Notes under the pieces: model-generated
The model's database searches: none
The model's input: the letters and a program-made list of their open reading frames with translations, nothing else
What the model was told of the DNA's origin: nothing
Shown here: piece after piece, positions 18,162-28,085 of the stretch
Layout of the letters: each line of letters begins with the position of its first letter
How positions within the stretch are numbered: the first letter of the stretch is position 1
Made by a program: the position numbers and the translations under genes
NCBI GenBank assembly: GCA_036759025.1
Contig: DAIOVL010000006.1
Span: 69,709-133,708, forward strand
DNA from: Bacteroidales bacterium
Lineage (GTDB): Bacteria > Bacteroidota > Bacteroidia > Bacteroidales > VadinHA17
DNA length: 64,000 nt
Reading direction: 5' to 3'

Positions 18162-21100
18162 ATGCACAGGATCATTTCAAACCGTTTCCTGCTTCTGATT
18201 TTTCTGATAACCCTCATGAAAGGGATTGCCTGTATGGTTTCCGGACAAAGCTATATCGTCAGGAACTATACAACGACTAATGGTTTAGCTCACAATAATG
18301 TAAGAGCGATTACAAAAGACAGCACGGGATATCTGTGGATAGGAAGCTGGGACGGACTGAGCAGATTCGACGGATATGAATTCAGGAATTTTTTCCATGA
18401 GCCCGATGATTCAACCTCGCTACCTTATTTTTCAATATCCAGGCTCTGCGTCGACAATAAAAATAAACTCTGGATCCTGCCCGACACCAGGGATCTTACC
18501 CTGTATAACCGGTCAGCAGATAATTTTTCGGTGATCAGAAACTGTAAGGGGATTAGATTTGATTCCATAAATAACATATCAACAGATCATTCCGGGGAAC
18601 TGGTCGTTTTAAGGAAAAACAGGATCATAACAGGGGATCCTTCCACAGACAAGATAAGAATCATAAGTCTCACTGTTCCCGGAGGTGAAATGTTCGGGCA
18701 TGGTACCGACAATAAATTTGTTACCATATATTACGATTCTGTGATATTTCTTAGTGGCAGTAACTCGGTGACTGAGTTCAGAAAAATCACCTCCGGCAAT
18801 TATGAGATGACAGGCAATTACCCGGTGGATGAATGTATTAATAATCCAGGAGTGTATTTTGATATAACATACTGGCGTGATATTTACATTTCTCCTTCAG
18901 GAAAAAAATGGCTATTGTCAGATAACGGACTATTTCTTTTCGACATCAGGAAAAGGAGGTATTCGTTATTCACCGGGATTCCTCCCCCGGGAGAGTTCAC
19001 CGGGAGAAAGAGTTTCTGCTGGGCAAAACGAGATGAAGGGATTTATTATTACTCAGCTTCCGGAGGCAAGGTTGTCAATATACCGGATTCTCGTTCTGGC
19101 TGGGCTCAGAGCATTCTGCCTGAAGGAAAAAATCTCTTCTGGTTTTCATCAGTGAATTCAAAGGGAGAGGCCAGGGGATTATCCATGGTCTCAGTTATTC
19201 CCGGTTATTTCAGGAACAACCTGATCAACTCTCCCGATTCAACCGCTCCGGCCCTCTATTCAGTGGTAATGGATAAAGACAATAATATCTGGACTGGGGT
19301 CAGGGGTTTTAACCATATTGAGATACTTTCTCCCGAAGGCAAGGTTAGCTATACAGGAGTAATATCTCCTGAAGCAGGCAGCAGTACAGGATACATAAGG
19401 ACAATGATTCCTGTTCCGGACGGGATCTGGATAGGTTATCACTGGGAGTTATTAGAATATTATGATTACAGGACAGGTTCTTTTATAAGGCATACGCCTG
19501 AAATAAAAGGATTCAGGGCCATGGCTGTCGATCCCGACGGAAATCTGCTGATAGGTTATGATGGCAGGCTGATAAAATATTATCCATCTGCCCGGAAGAG
19601 TGTCCTTCTGTGGAACAACCCGGAGCCGCATACTATTTTCACGATAAGTTTCGATAATTCAGGTGTTGCATGGGCAGGCATGTCATACAGCAGGGTATTA
19701 AGATTTGATCCGGAAAGCGGAGATCACTCAATAATCACAGTCGCACCGGGGATCGCAAATGTCGAGGATATTATATCCGGAGATGACGGAGAGCTATGGT
19801 TTGCTCTCCTTGGGAAGGGAGTATGCAGATTCAATCCTTCCGACAGCACTTTCAGATATTACACAACTGCGAGGGGCTTGTCCAACAACACAACCTACAG
19901 TCTGCTTAAAGACCGTTCTGGTAAGATATGGGTATCAACTAACGACGGCATTTCCAGAATTGATCCGAATAATCACCATATACGTACCTTTGACCATACA
20001 GACGGTTTAAGCATCTCGGAATTCAATTCAGGAGCAGCTTTTATTTCATCTTCCGGAGAATTTTTCATGGGAGGCATGGGGGGGTATGTCAGATTTTATC
20101 CCGACAGTATTGAAAAGGCCGGCAGAAACACTTTGAAACATAAAATCATACTGACAGGTATTGAAGTTTCCGGAGAACAAAAGCTTCTTCCACGCCCTGT
20201 GAGCGAAGCTGATACCATCATTCTGAGCAGGGGGGAGAATAATTTTCACATCTCTTTTTCATGTACCGACTTCGTTAATGCAGATAAGATATATTTCAGG
20301 TATAAACTTGATGGGATTGATAATAACTGGATAATTACAGGCAATAAGAACAGGAACATAAACTATTCGAATCTTAAGCCGGGATGGCACAGACTCACGA
20401 TCGAGGCTACCGATATAAATGGAGAGTGGACGACATCGCGCGATATAATGATAAGGATAAAACCAACATTTTACCAGACAAAGGGATTTCGTATCACCGG
20501 ACCAATTTTTCTTCTAACGGTCATTGTCTTTTCACTGATCCTGTATATACGGCAGATCCGCCAGGTTGAGAGGTCGAAGCAGGATGAACTCAAACTGCAG
20601 TCTCTGAGAAGCCAGATGAATCCACATTTTATATTTAACTCGCTTAATTCTATCAATTATTTTATTTCCAACAGCGACATTATATCTGCAAACCGGTATA
20701 TAGCAGATTTTTCGAGACTTATCAGATCCATTCTTGGGAACATGGACAAAGGATACATTCCTTTTGAAAATGAGTTAAACTCCATAAAGGATTATCTCAG
20801 GATTGAGCATCTCAGGTTTGGTGACAAATTTGACTACAATATTGAAGCAGAAGAACATGACCGAATCAGGGATTTTGAGATTTACCCCGGCATTGTTCAG
20901 CCTTTGATTGAGAATGCCATCTGGCATGGAATGAGGCCGCTGGAGAACAGGAAAGGGAAAATTGAGATAAGATTCTTCCCTCAAAATGATGAAATAGTCA
21001 GATGTATAATTGAAGACGATGGTATAGGTTTAAGTGCCCCGGCAGAAATGAAAACAGAAAATTCACGACATGTTCCGAAGGGAATAGGGCTGATCAGGGA

Positions 21101-21260
21101 GAGACTGCAGATCACAGGAAAGTTGAGGAGGGTGAACTATACACTTAGGATCAGTAATCTCTATAATGACAGGGTGGAAACCGGAACACGTGTTGAAGTT
21201 GACATACCTGCGATCAGGATAAAACAAGACAGTCATGATAAGAGCAATTGTTGCAGATGA
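18162..21260 (+). CDS. sensor histidine kinase with beta-propeller (Reg_prop)/Y_Y_Y-type periplasmic sensor and LytS/PF06580 kinase core
   Basis: N-terminal repeats such as GLAHNNVRAITKDSTGYLWIGSWDGLSRFDGYEF, one transmembrane segment (ITGPIFLLTVIVFSLILYI), then QMNPHFIFNSLNSINYFI and an HATPase segment (IEDDGIG). Confidence 0.85.
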   Translation: MHRIISNRFLLLIFLITLMKGIACMVSGQSYIVRNYTTTNGLAHNNVRAITKDSTGYLWIGSWDGLSRFDGYEFRNFFHEPDDSTSLPYFSISRLCVDNKNKLWILPDTRDLTLYNRSADNFSVIRNCKGIRFDSINNISTDHSGELVVLRKNRIITGDPSTDKIRIISLTVPGGEMFGHGTDNKFVTIYYDSVIFLSGSNSVTEFRKITSGNYEMTGNYPVDECINNPGVYFDITYWRDIYISPSGKKWLLSDNGLFLFDIRKRRYSLFTGIPPPGEFTGRKSFCWAKRDEGIYYYSASGGKVVNIPDSRSGWAQSILPEGKNLFWFSSVNSKGEARGLSMVSVIPGYFRNNLINSPDSTAPALYSVVMDKDNNIWTGVRGFNHIEILSPEGKVSYTGVISPEAGSSTGYIRTMIPVPDGIWIGYHWELLEYYDYRTGSFIRHTPEIKGFRAMAVDPDGNLLIGYDGRLIKYYPSARKSVLLWNNPEPHTIFTISFDNSGVAWAGMSYSRVLRFDPESGDHSIITVAPGIANVEDIISGDDGELWFALLGKGVCRFNPSDSTFRYYTTARGLSNNTTYSLLKDRSGKIWVSTNDGISRIDPNNHHIRTFDHTDGLSISEFNSGAAFISSSGEFFMGGMGGYVRFYPDSIEKAGRNTLKHKIILTGIEVSGEQKLLPRPVSEADTIILSRGENNFHISFSCTDFVNADKIYFRYKLDGIDNNWIITGNKNRNINYSNLKPGWHRLTIEATDINGEWTTSRDIMIRIKPTFYQTKGFRITGPIFLLTVIVFSLILYIRQIRQVERSKQDELKLQSLRSQMNPHFIFNSLNSINYFISNSDIISANRYIADFSRLIRSILGNMDKGYIPFENELNSIKDYLRIEHLRFGDKFDYNIEAEEHDRIRDFEIYPGIVQPLIENAIWHGMRPLENRKGKIEIRFFPQNDEIVRCIIEDDGIGLSAPAEMKTENSRHVPKGIGLIRERLQITGKLRRVNYTLRISNLYNDRVETGTRVEVDIPAIRIKQDSHDKSNCCR

Positions 21261-21981
21261 TGAAGCGCCTTCGAGGGAAGTGATGTCGAACTATCTCAGG
21301 GCATACTGCCCGGATGTGGAAGTAGTTGCAACATCAGCTTCTTTAAGAAGCACTTACCGGGCCATAAAGCAACATAATCCTGATGTTGTTTTTCTCGACA
21401 TAGAGTTGCCTGACGGGAAAGGTTTTGATCTGTTACAGATGTTTGAAAAGATCAATTTCAGAATTATTTTTGTGACCGCATATTCGGAATATGCTATTAA
21501 CGCCTTCAGGGTCAATGCAGTAGATTATCTTCTTAAACCTGTACGGATCGATGAGCTCATTACAGCAGTTGACAGGATCAGAAGAAATATTTCATCTGAG
21601 ACTGACAATGAAAGTGTTGAATCACTGATAAGAAGTATGCGTGAGAGCTTATCTTTACAACCTACTGTTGTAGTCTCAAGTATCAAAGGATTTGAAATAC
21701 TGAAGATCAATGAAATTATTATGTGTAAAGCTGACGGCTACTGCACGAATTTTTTTCTTGAAGGTAACAGAAAGGTTGTAAGCTCGAAGAATCTGAAGCA
21801 CTATGAGGAACTACTCACAAAGAAAAACATCGTAAGGGTACATCATTCATACCTGGTAAATCTCGTTCATGTAAAGAGTTACACCCGTCAGGGGGAGATT
21901 CAGCTCAGTGAGGATAACAGGGCCTTTCTGGGTGACAGTTTTAAGAGTTCATTCACTAAGTTATTCAGCCGTAAGGAATAA
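21235..21981 (+). CDS. LytTR-family response regulator
   Basis: REC domain (AIVADDE...DVVFLDIELPDG) plus a LytTR-like C-terminus (IIMCKADGYCTNFFL...VRVHHSYLVNLVHV). Overlaps the kinase gene by 26 nt. Confidence 0.85.
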   Translation: MIRAIVADDEAPSREVMSNYLRAYCPDVEVVATSASLRSTYRAIKQHNPDVVFLDIELPDGKGFDLLQMFEKINFRIIFVTAYSEYAINAFRVNAVDYLLKPVRIDELITAVDRIRRNISSETDNESVESLIRSMRESLSLQPTVVVSSIKGFEILKINEIIMCKADGYCTNFFLEGNRKVVSSKNLKHYEELLTKKNIVRVHHSYLVNLVHVKSYTRQGEIQLSEDNRAFLGDSFKSSFTKLFSRKE

Positions 21982-22180
21982 TTATGGCACCCCAGATTAG
22001 GGTGTTTGTCAGCAGAAATCAGGGTTCTGTAGGATAAATAGGGGCGTTTATTGACTGAGGGAAAAACTCCGGTGAGATTTTGTTAATTTTCAGACAAGTT
22101 AGGGCTGGTTACAGAACCTGATTTTTTTGAAAATTTTGTTGAGTTTTCCCCCGGCCTGCTGATTTCTTAAGCAGGCATAA

Positions 22181-22212
22181 CAAAAAATGAGCCTCTCCCC
22201 GGGGCTCATTTT
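22181..22212. terminator. bidirectional-looking terminator hairpin downstream of rpoD
   Basis: The ATGAGCC...GGCTCAT stem is flanked by A6 on the left and T4 on the right, 26 nt from the rpoD stop. Confidence 0.5.
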
Positions 22213-22237
22213 AATTTAATGATATAAAGGTGTTGTT

Positions 22238-23098
22238 CTATCCCAGATATCCTTTCAGAAGCTTGCTTCTTGAAGTATGTCTGAGCCTTCTTATCGCTTT
22301 TTCCTTTATCTGGCGGACTCTTTCGCGGGTAAGGCCGAACTTTTCCCCGATCTCCTCGAGAGTCATTTCCTGGCATCCGATACCGAAGAAATACCTTATA
22401 ATGTCCCTTTCACGTTCAGTGAGGGTAGCGAGGGCCCTGTAGATCTCACGCGACAGTGATTCATCCATTAAAAGCTTGTCGGCAACGGGTGAATCCGAAT
22501 TTGTCAGAACATCCAGAAGAGAATTATCCTCCCCTTCAATGAAGGGAGCGTCAACCGATACATGCCGTCCTGAGACCTTAAGAGTATCTGTTACTTTTTC
22601 CTTTGGCAGTTCAAGAACATCAGCCAGTTCTTCGGGCGAAGGAGTACGCTCATTTTCCTGTTCGAACTTTGAAAAAGCTTTGTTTATCTTATTGAGTGAA
22701 CCCACCTGGTTAAGAGGGAGTCTGACTATTCTCGACTGTTCGGCGAGTGCCTGAAGTATTGACTGTCGTATCCACCATACGGCATAGGATATGAACTTAA
22801 ATCCTCTTGTCTCGTCAAACTTCTCAGCTGCCTTGATAAGTCCAAGATTACCTTCATTGATAAGGTCGGGCAGACTCAGTCCCTGATTCTGATATTGCTT
22901 TGCCACTGAAACAACGAAACGTAAATTTGCTTTGGTAAGCTTTTCAAGAGCCGTTCTGTCTCCTTTTTTTATTCTCTGAGCTAATTCGACTTCCTCTTCA
23001 ACCGATATCAACTCCTCTTTACCAATTTCCTGCAGATATTTGTCGAGTGATGCACTCTCCCTGTTGGTTATGGATTTGGTAATCTTTAGTTGTCTCAT
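22238..23098 (-). CDS. rpoD: primary RNA polymerase sigma factor (sigma-70/SigA, short Bacteroidota form)
   Basis: 286 aa with region 2 ([13 protein letters not shown]) and region 4.2 ([28 protein letters not shown]). Confidence 0.95.
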   Translation of the reverse strand: MRQLKITKSITNRESASLDKYLQEIGKEELISVEEEVELAQRIKKGDRTALEKLTKANLRFVVSVAKQYQNQGLSLPDLINEGNLGLIKAAEKFDETRGFKFISYAVWWIRQSILQALAEQSRIVRLPLNQVGSLNKINKAFSKFEQENERTPSPEELADVLELPKEKVTDTLKVSGRHVSVDAPFIEGEDNSLLDVLTNSDSPVADKLLMDESLSREIYRALATLTERERDIIRYFFGIGCQEMTLEEIGEKFGLTRERVRQIKEKAIRRLRHTSRSKLLKGYLG

Positions 23099-23117
23099 CC
23101 GCCTGAAAAAATTTTCG

Positions 23118-23148
23118 CAAAGATAATACTTATATACTTAATAACAAA
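23118..23148 (-). promoter_or_regulatory. rpoD promoter (-33 TTTG / -7 TATCTTTG)
   Basis: On the minus strand, TTTG (23148-23145) is followed by a 19-nt spacer and TATCTTTG (23125-23118). The box ends 19 nt upstream of the ATG. Confidence 0.5.
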
Positions 23149-23226
23149 ATAAAAAGCATTATGTTGTGAACCGGCAAGCTTATTTTACAACCTGCAGATT
23201 CACAACATTTTACTTACTGAAAGATA

Positions 23227-24690
23227 TTACAGTCCAAACTTATAATTGAAGTACCTTCCGTCGCTTGTAATTCCCTCAATGGATTTAAGTGATCTTTCAC
23301 TATTGTTTGTAGCTGATCTAAGGTCTTCCGAGCTGTTTATTTTTTTACCATTTACATTGATAATAATGGTTCCTCTGCGCAGACCCTGATCTGCAAACCA
23401 GCCTTCACCTACTTCAGTTATTTTTACACCGCTATCGATCCTGTACGAACGTTTTTCGGAGGTGCTGAGCGGTTCGAAGGTGGCGCCAAATATTCTTCCT
23501 ATGCCCATACCCGGTTTGACGATTTCAGTAGTACCTGCAATATTTTTCAGGGTTATGGGAACAGTATATTCTCTTCCGCTCCTCCGGTATGTCACCGTTG
23601 CCCTGTCGCCCGGACGGTGTTTACCGACCTGAGTCTGAAGCTCGGATGCAGATGTCACTGACACCCCGTCGAACTTCACTATAACATCGTTCACCTTTAA
23701 TTTTGCCTCGGCGGCTGATCCTCCTTCCCTGACTCCGGTCACCACGGCTCCCCTTGCTTCCCTGAGGTCAAGTTTTTCAAGGTCTTCCTGTATCACATCC
23801 CTGATATTGACACCAATAATTGCACGCTGCACCTCACCGAATTCCTTCAGATCTTCAACCACTTTCTTTACAATGCTTATGGGTATTGCAAATGAATTAC
23901 CTGCATAAGCTCCGCTGGGTGAATAAATTGCAGAGGTGATTCCAATAAGCTGACCTTTTGTATCGACCAGCGCTCCTCCGCTGTTACCCGGGTTAAGAGC
24001 TGCATCAGTCTGTATGAATGACTCAATCCTGTACTCAGTCTCCAGCAGTCCCAGGTCTCTGCCTTTTGCACTTACAATACCTGCAGTAACTGTTGTCCCA
24101 AGCCTGAAGGGGTTGCCAACAGCAAGCACCCATTCACCGATCTTAAGTTTCTCTGAATCTCCGTAATCCAGGTATGACAAACCTGAAGCATCAATTTTAA
24201 GAAGTGCGATGTCTGTACTTGGGTCTCTTCCGACCACTTCAGCATTGAAAATCCTGTTGTCGTTGAGTGATACCTGTATGTTATCCGCATCTTCAATTAC
24301 ATGGTTATTCGTAATAACATAACCATCTCCCGAAATTATTACACCTGAACCATAACCCGGAACCTCTCTTGGCCTGTTTATATACCTTTCACCGTAGAAC
24401 CACTCCATAAGCGGATTGTCCGGACTTTCGATCCTTGTTTTTGTGGTTACATGAACTACAGCATGAACGGTCTGTTCCGCTGCATAAGTAAAATCCACCT
24501 GTCCAGGCTGCGACTGAAAGGAAGTAAGTATAGCCCTTGCCTGTGCCGATTCATCAATCCCGGCAGTAATTGAGGTATCTCCTGTGGTAAGAACCATAGG
24601 TTTCTCAATAAATTTCGTATATGCAAAGAGGCTTATCGCTCCTCCCAGAATAGCCATTAATAAGCCACCGAATAAATATTTTCCTTTCAT
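23227..24690 (-). CDS. periplasmic serine endoprotease, HtrA/DegP/DegQ (Do) family with PDZ domains
   Basis: Catalytic triad contexts TNNHV, DIALLKI and GNSGGAL, with an N-terminal anchor and a PDZ-like C-terminal half. Confidence 0.9.
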   Translation of the reverse strand: MKGKYLFGGLLMAILGGAISLFAYTKFIEKPMVLTTGDTSITAGIDESAQARAILTSFQSQPGQVDFTYAAEQTVHAVVHVTTKTRIESPDNPLMEWFYGERYINRPREVPGYGSGVIISGDGYVITNNHVIEDADNIQVSLNDNRIFNAEVVGRDPSTDIALLKIDASGLSYLDYGDSEKLKIGEWVLAVGNPFRLGTTVTAGIVSAKGRDLGLLETEYRIESFIQTDAALNPGNSGGALVDTKGQLIGITSAIYSPSGAYAGNSFAIPISIVKKVVEDLKEFGEVQRAIIGVNIRDVIQEDLEKLDLREARGAVVTGVREGGSAAEAKLKVNDVIVKFDGVSVTSASELQTQVGKHRPGDRATVTYRRSGREYTVPITLKNIAGTTEIVKPGMGIGRIFGATFEPLSTSEKRSYRIDSGVKITEVGEGWFADQGLRRGTIIINVNGKKINSSEDLRSATNNSERSLKSIEGITSDGRYFNYKFGL

Positions 24691-24884
24691 AGTATTTCTT
24701 TATTTATAAGTTAATGATACTGTTTAGTCCTTTTGTTCATCCCGATTCTGCACCGGTCAAAATTTATACCTTTTAAAAGTTTGTATCTTTACAACCGTTT
24801 TCTGACCATTTTGTTTTACAAAGATCATGCTTTTTTAATATGAGTGTCAGAATATTATGATGATTTAACAACACTTTAACAAAC

Positions 24885-25661
24885 ATGGAAATCACTTTTA
24901 ACAAGTATCAGGGCGCAGGTAACGACTTCATAATGATAGACAACCGTAAAGGTGTTCTTAATCCTGAAGATGCAATTTTAATTAACAGAATGTGTGACCG
25001 CCGTTTTGGCATCGGTGCAGATGGTCTGATACTGATTTCAGATCATGATGAAGCAGACTTTGAGATGAAGTACTTCAACTCTGACGGCAAGCTTGGATCG
25101 ATGTGCGGTAACGGAGGAAGATGTACCGCACATTTTGCACTTAAACACGGTATTGCGGGAGAAATTCAGAAATTCATGGCATTCGATGGCATACATAAAG
25201 CAGAGGTAAGCGGTGACAGTGTCAGACTTCAGATGGCCGACGTTAAAGGATTTGAAATTATAGAGGGAAATTATTTCATCAACACCGGATCTCCTCATTA
25301 TATGGTATTCACTTCGGGTATTGATTCAATCAATGTGAACGAAGAAGGTAAGAAACTCAGGTGGTCACCGCTTTTTGCACCGGGTGGAACCAATGTCAAT
25401 TTTGTTGAAGCTCATGATAACGGATTGTATATCAGGACATTTGAACGGGGAGTGGAAGAGGAAACACTTTCCTGTGGAACAGGAGTGACAGCATCTGCCA
25501 TTGCTGCAGTCCTGAAAGGACATTTTGACACTGGTTCTGTCAGTGTAAAGGCCAGAGGCGGAAACCTGAAGGTGGAACTGAACGCTGCAGGTCAGGAGAT
25601 CAACAATATCTGGCTGACGGGTCCGGCCACATTCGTGTATGAAGGGAAGATTGAGTTGTGA
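24885..25661 (+). CDS. dapF: diaminopimelate epimerase
   Basis: 258 aa with FNKYQGAGNDFIMID and the two active-site Cys contexts MCGNGGRC and LSCGTG. Confidence 0.95.
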   Translation: MEITFNKYQGAGNDFIMIDNRKGVLNPEDAILINRMCDRRFGIGADGLILISDHDEADFEMKYFNSDGKLGSMCGNGGRCTAHFALKHGIAGEIQKFMAFDGIHKAEVSGDSVRLQMADVKGFEIIEGNYFINTGSPHYMVFTSGIDSINVNEEGKKLRWSPLFAPGGTNVNFVEAHDNGLYIRTFERGVEEETLSCGTGVTASAIAAVLKGHFDTGSVSVKARGGNLKVELNAAGQEINNIWLTGPATFVYEGKIEL

Positions 25662-25724
25662 GTTGTGAGTTGTGAGTTGTGAGTCGTGAGTTGTGAGTGA
25701 GTTGTGAGGGGAGTCGTGAGTTGC
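25653..25724. repeat. heptanucleotide tandem repeat (GAGTTGT)n, about 9 full units plus 2 partial
   Basis: Four perfect units at 25653-25680 are followed by degenerate units (GAGTCGT, GAGTTGT, GAGT, GAGTTGT, GAGGG, GAGTCGT, GAGTTGC). The dapF stop TGA (25659-25661) lies across units 1 and 2. Confidence 0.9.
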
Positions 25725-25754
25725 GGGTAAGACTAATAGTAATAATATTTCACA

Positions 25755-26845
25755 TGAAAAGATCTTTAATTTCAGTATTAATGGTTCTGATCACCGGATT
25801 CACATTATTACCGGGACAGCCGGGAACGGTTGAACTGATGAATGCCATTGAAAGTGCAAATGCAAATTTCAGAGCCCTGAATCACCGTCTCGACGTTCTT
25901 GAGAAGAAAATCGATGATGTTTTGTGGTACGACAAGGTAGGCGACATTGCCTTTATTGACAAGGTTTATCTTACAGGCCCCCCTCTGGCTGTTGAAAGAA
26001 ACCCGACCGGACAGGGTGCAGGTAACCCGGTCAAATTCTGGACTTATGTATTCATCCCAAAAGATGCCGATCCATTGAAGAAATATCCCCTGCTTGTTCT
26101 GCCTCATGGAGGTGTGCATGCCAATTTCACCACCTATCATACGCATATCATCAGGGAGATGCTTGCACAGGGATATATTGTTACCGCTCCAGAATATCGA
26201 GGATCGACAGGCTACGGGGCGGGTTTCTATAATATAATTGACTACGGAGGCCTCGAAGTTGAAGATGTTGATGCCAGCAGGGAATATATGCTGGAAAATT
26301 ATTCCATCATCGACAAAAACAGAGTCGGGATCATCGGATGGAGTCACGGAGGACTGATAACTCTCTTTAATATTTTTGAACATCCTGATAATTACAAAGT
26401 TGCTTTTGCCGGTGTTCCCGTCAGCGACCTAATTGCAAGAATGGGCTACAAAAACCAGAACTACCGCGATCTGTTCTCAACTCAGGCAGCTATAGGCAAA
26501 CCAGCCGATGAAAATGTCGAAGAATACAGAAAGCGTTCCCCTGCCTGGCAGATAAGTAAATACAGGAACACTCCACTACTGATCCATACAAACACCAATG
26601 ACGAAGATGTAAATGTCCTGGAGGTTGAACATCTTATAAAATCGCTGAAAGCCGAAGGAAAAAGTAATTTCTCCTATGAAATATTTGAAAATATGCCGGG
26701 CGGTCATTCATTCGACAGGATGGATTATCTGAAAGCCAAGGAAATACGCCTCAGGATATACGATCATCTCAATAAATATCTAAATCCGCCAAAACCTTTC
26801 AGATCGCTCAGAGAAATGCAAAAAGCGGGATATTTTGTTAATTAG
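25755..26845 (+). CDS. exported S9-type serine peptidase / alpha/beta hydrolase (catalytic domain only)
   Basis: GWSHGG nucleophile elbow and the signal peptide MKRSLISVLMVLITGFTLLPGQ. The ORF-track start at 25697 is a GTG inside the tandem repeat and is rejected. Confidence 0.75.
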
Positions 26846-27056
26846 GCTTATGATTCTGTAATAATATTTCATCATAAAATATTCTTGATTTTAATAGTAT
26901 GATGGAACCACACATGATTGGCTACGCCGAGCTCGCAAGCTCGGTTGAAAATTATATGAATAAAGTGTTTGTGCCTGTTACTAATCATGTGGGTTTCATG
27001 CACAGGAAAACATAAAATTACAGGAAACTGATTTTTTTTTAGGGGATTAGCAGGAG

Positions 27057-28085
27057 ATGGTAAAGGAAAAACTTTACGGCAAAACGCTTAATGAACTTAT
27101 TGCTGTAACCAGGAGGTTGAAGCTTCCGGGATATTCCGCCCGGCAGATGGCAGACTGGCTCTACAAAAAGGATACTGCAGACATCAGCGGAATGACAAAC
27201 CTTTCACAAAAGGTTCGGGATCTTCTGTCATCCGGCTACGATTTTGGTATATCAGAACCTCTCAGTGTTGCAGAAAGCAGTGACGGAACAAAAAAATATC
27301 TTTTTAAAGTACTTACAGACAAATACATAGAAACTGCATACATACCCGATAAAGAAAGATCAACGGTATGTCTGTCGACACAGGCAGGCTGTAAAATGGG
27401 CTGTGTTTTCTGCATGACAGGTAAGCAGGGTTTCCAGGGCAACCTTTCATCTAACGAGATACTTAACCAGTTCAGGAGCATACCGGAGCACAGTAAGCTG
27501 ACAAACATTGTTTTCATGGGGATGGGGGAACCTCTCGACAATATGGATGAATTGCTTAAAAGTCTGGATATCCTTACTTCTGAATGGGGTTATGGCTGGA
27601 GCCCCACACGTATCACTGTAAGCACCGTGGGGCTGAAAGACAGTATAAGCACTTTCCTTGAAAAAAGCAGATGTCATCTGGCAGTCAGCCTTCATTCTCC
27701 CTTCGACGGAGAAAGAAGAGAGTTGATGCCGATTCAAAGAACCAATCAGGTTCAGGATCTGGTTGAAATAATCAGAAGATTCGGTATAAGCGGTCAGCGA
27801 AGGGTGTCTTTCGAGTATATTCTTTTCAGTGGACTTAATGATACAGCAGCACATGTCAGAGAGCTTGCAAGGCTGCTGAACGGCATAAGCTGCAGAGTGA
27901 ATTTAATCAGGTTCCACTCTGTCCCCGGAATACAACTTTCCAGCCCTTCCATGGAAAAAACAAAGGAATTCAGGGATGCCCTGAACAAAAAAGGTATTAT
28001 TACCACTATAAGGGCATCGAGGGGAGAAGATATAAGTGCAGCATGCGGTTTGCTTTCCACACTGGAACAAAACAAGAAAAGATGA
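27057..28085 (+). CDS. rlmN: 23S rRNA/tRNA adenine-C2 methyltransferase, radical SAM
   Basis: 342 aa with the radical-SAM cluster motif GCKMGCVFCMTG and conserved NIVFMGMGEPLDN. Confidence 0.93.
   Translation: MVKEKLYGKTLNELIAVTRRLKLPGYSARQMADWLYKKDTADISGMTNLSQKVRDLLSSGYDFGISEPLSVAESSDGTKKYLFKVLTDKYIETAYIPDKERSTVCLSTQAGCKMGCVFCMTGKQGFQGNLSSNEILNQFRSIPEHSKLTNIVFMGMGEPLDNMDELLKSLDILTSEWGYGWSPTRITVSTVGLKDSISTFLEKSRCHLAVSLHSPFDGERRELMPIQRTNQVQDLVEIIRRFGISGQRRVSFEYILFSGLNDTAAHVRELARLLNGISCRVNLIRFHSVPGIQLSSPSMEKTKEFRDALNKKGIITTIRASRGEDISAACGLLSTLEQNKKR

Noticed and set aside
21982-22180. Possible small RNA in the 256-bp gap between the LytTR regulator and rpoD. It holds several small hairpins, such as CACCC-N7-GGGTG at about 21990 and CCTGCT-N9-AGCAGG at about 22155-22175.
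   Set aside because: The stems are only 5-6 bp with no flanking promoter box or U-tract that I could pair with them. The one convincing hairpin there (22187-22209) is called separately as the rpoD terminator, and the small stems may simply be weak terminators for the other convergent gene.
25697-25754. N-terminal extension of the S9 peptidase ORF (MSCEGSRELRVRLIVIIFH...).
   Set aside because: It starts at a GTG inside the heptamer repeat. The ATG at 25755 is followed by a canonical signal peptide.
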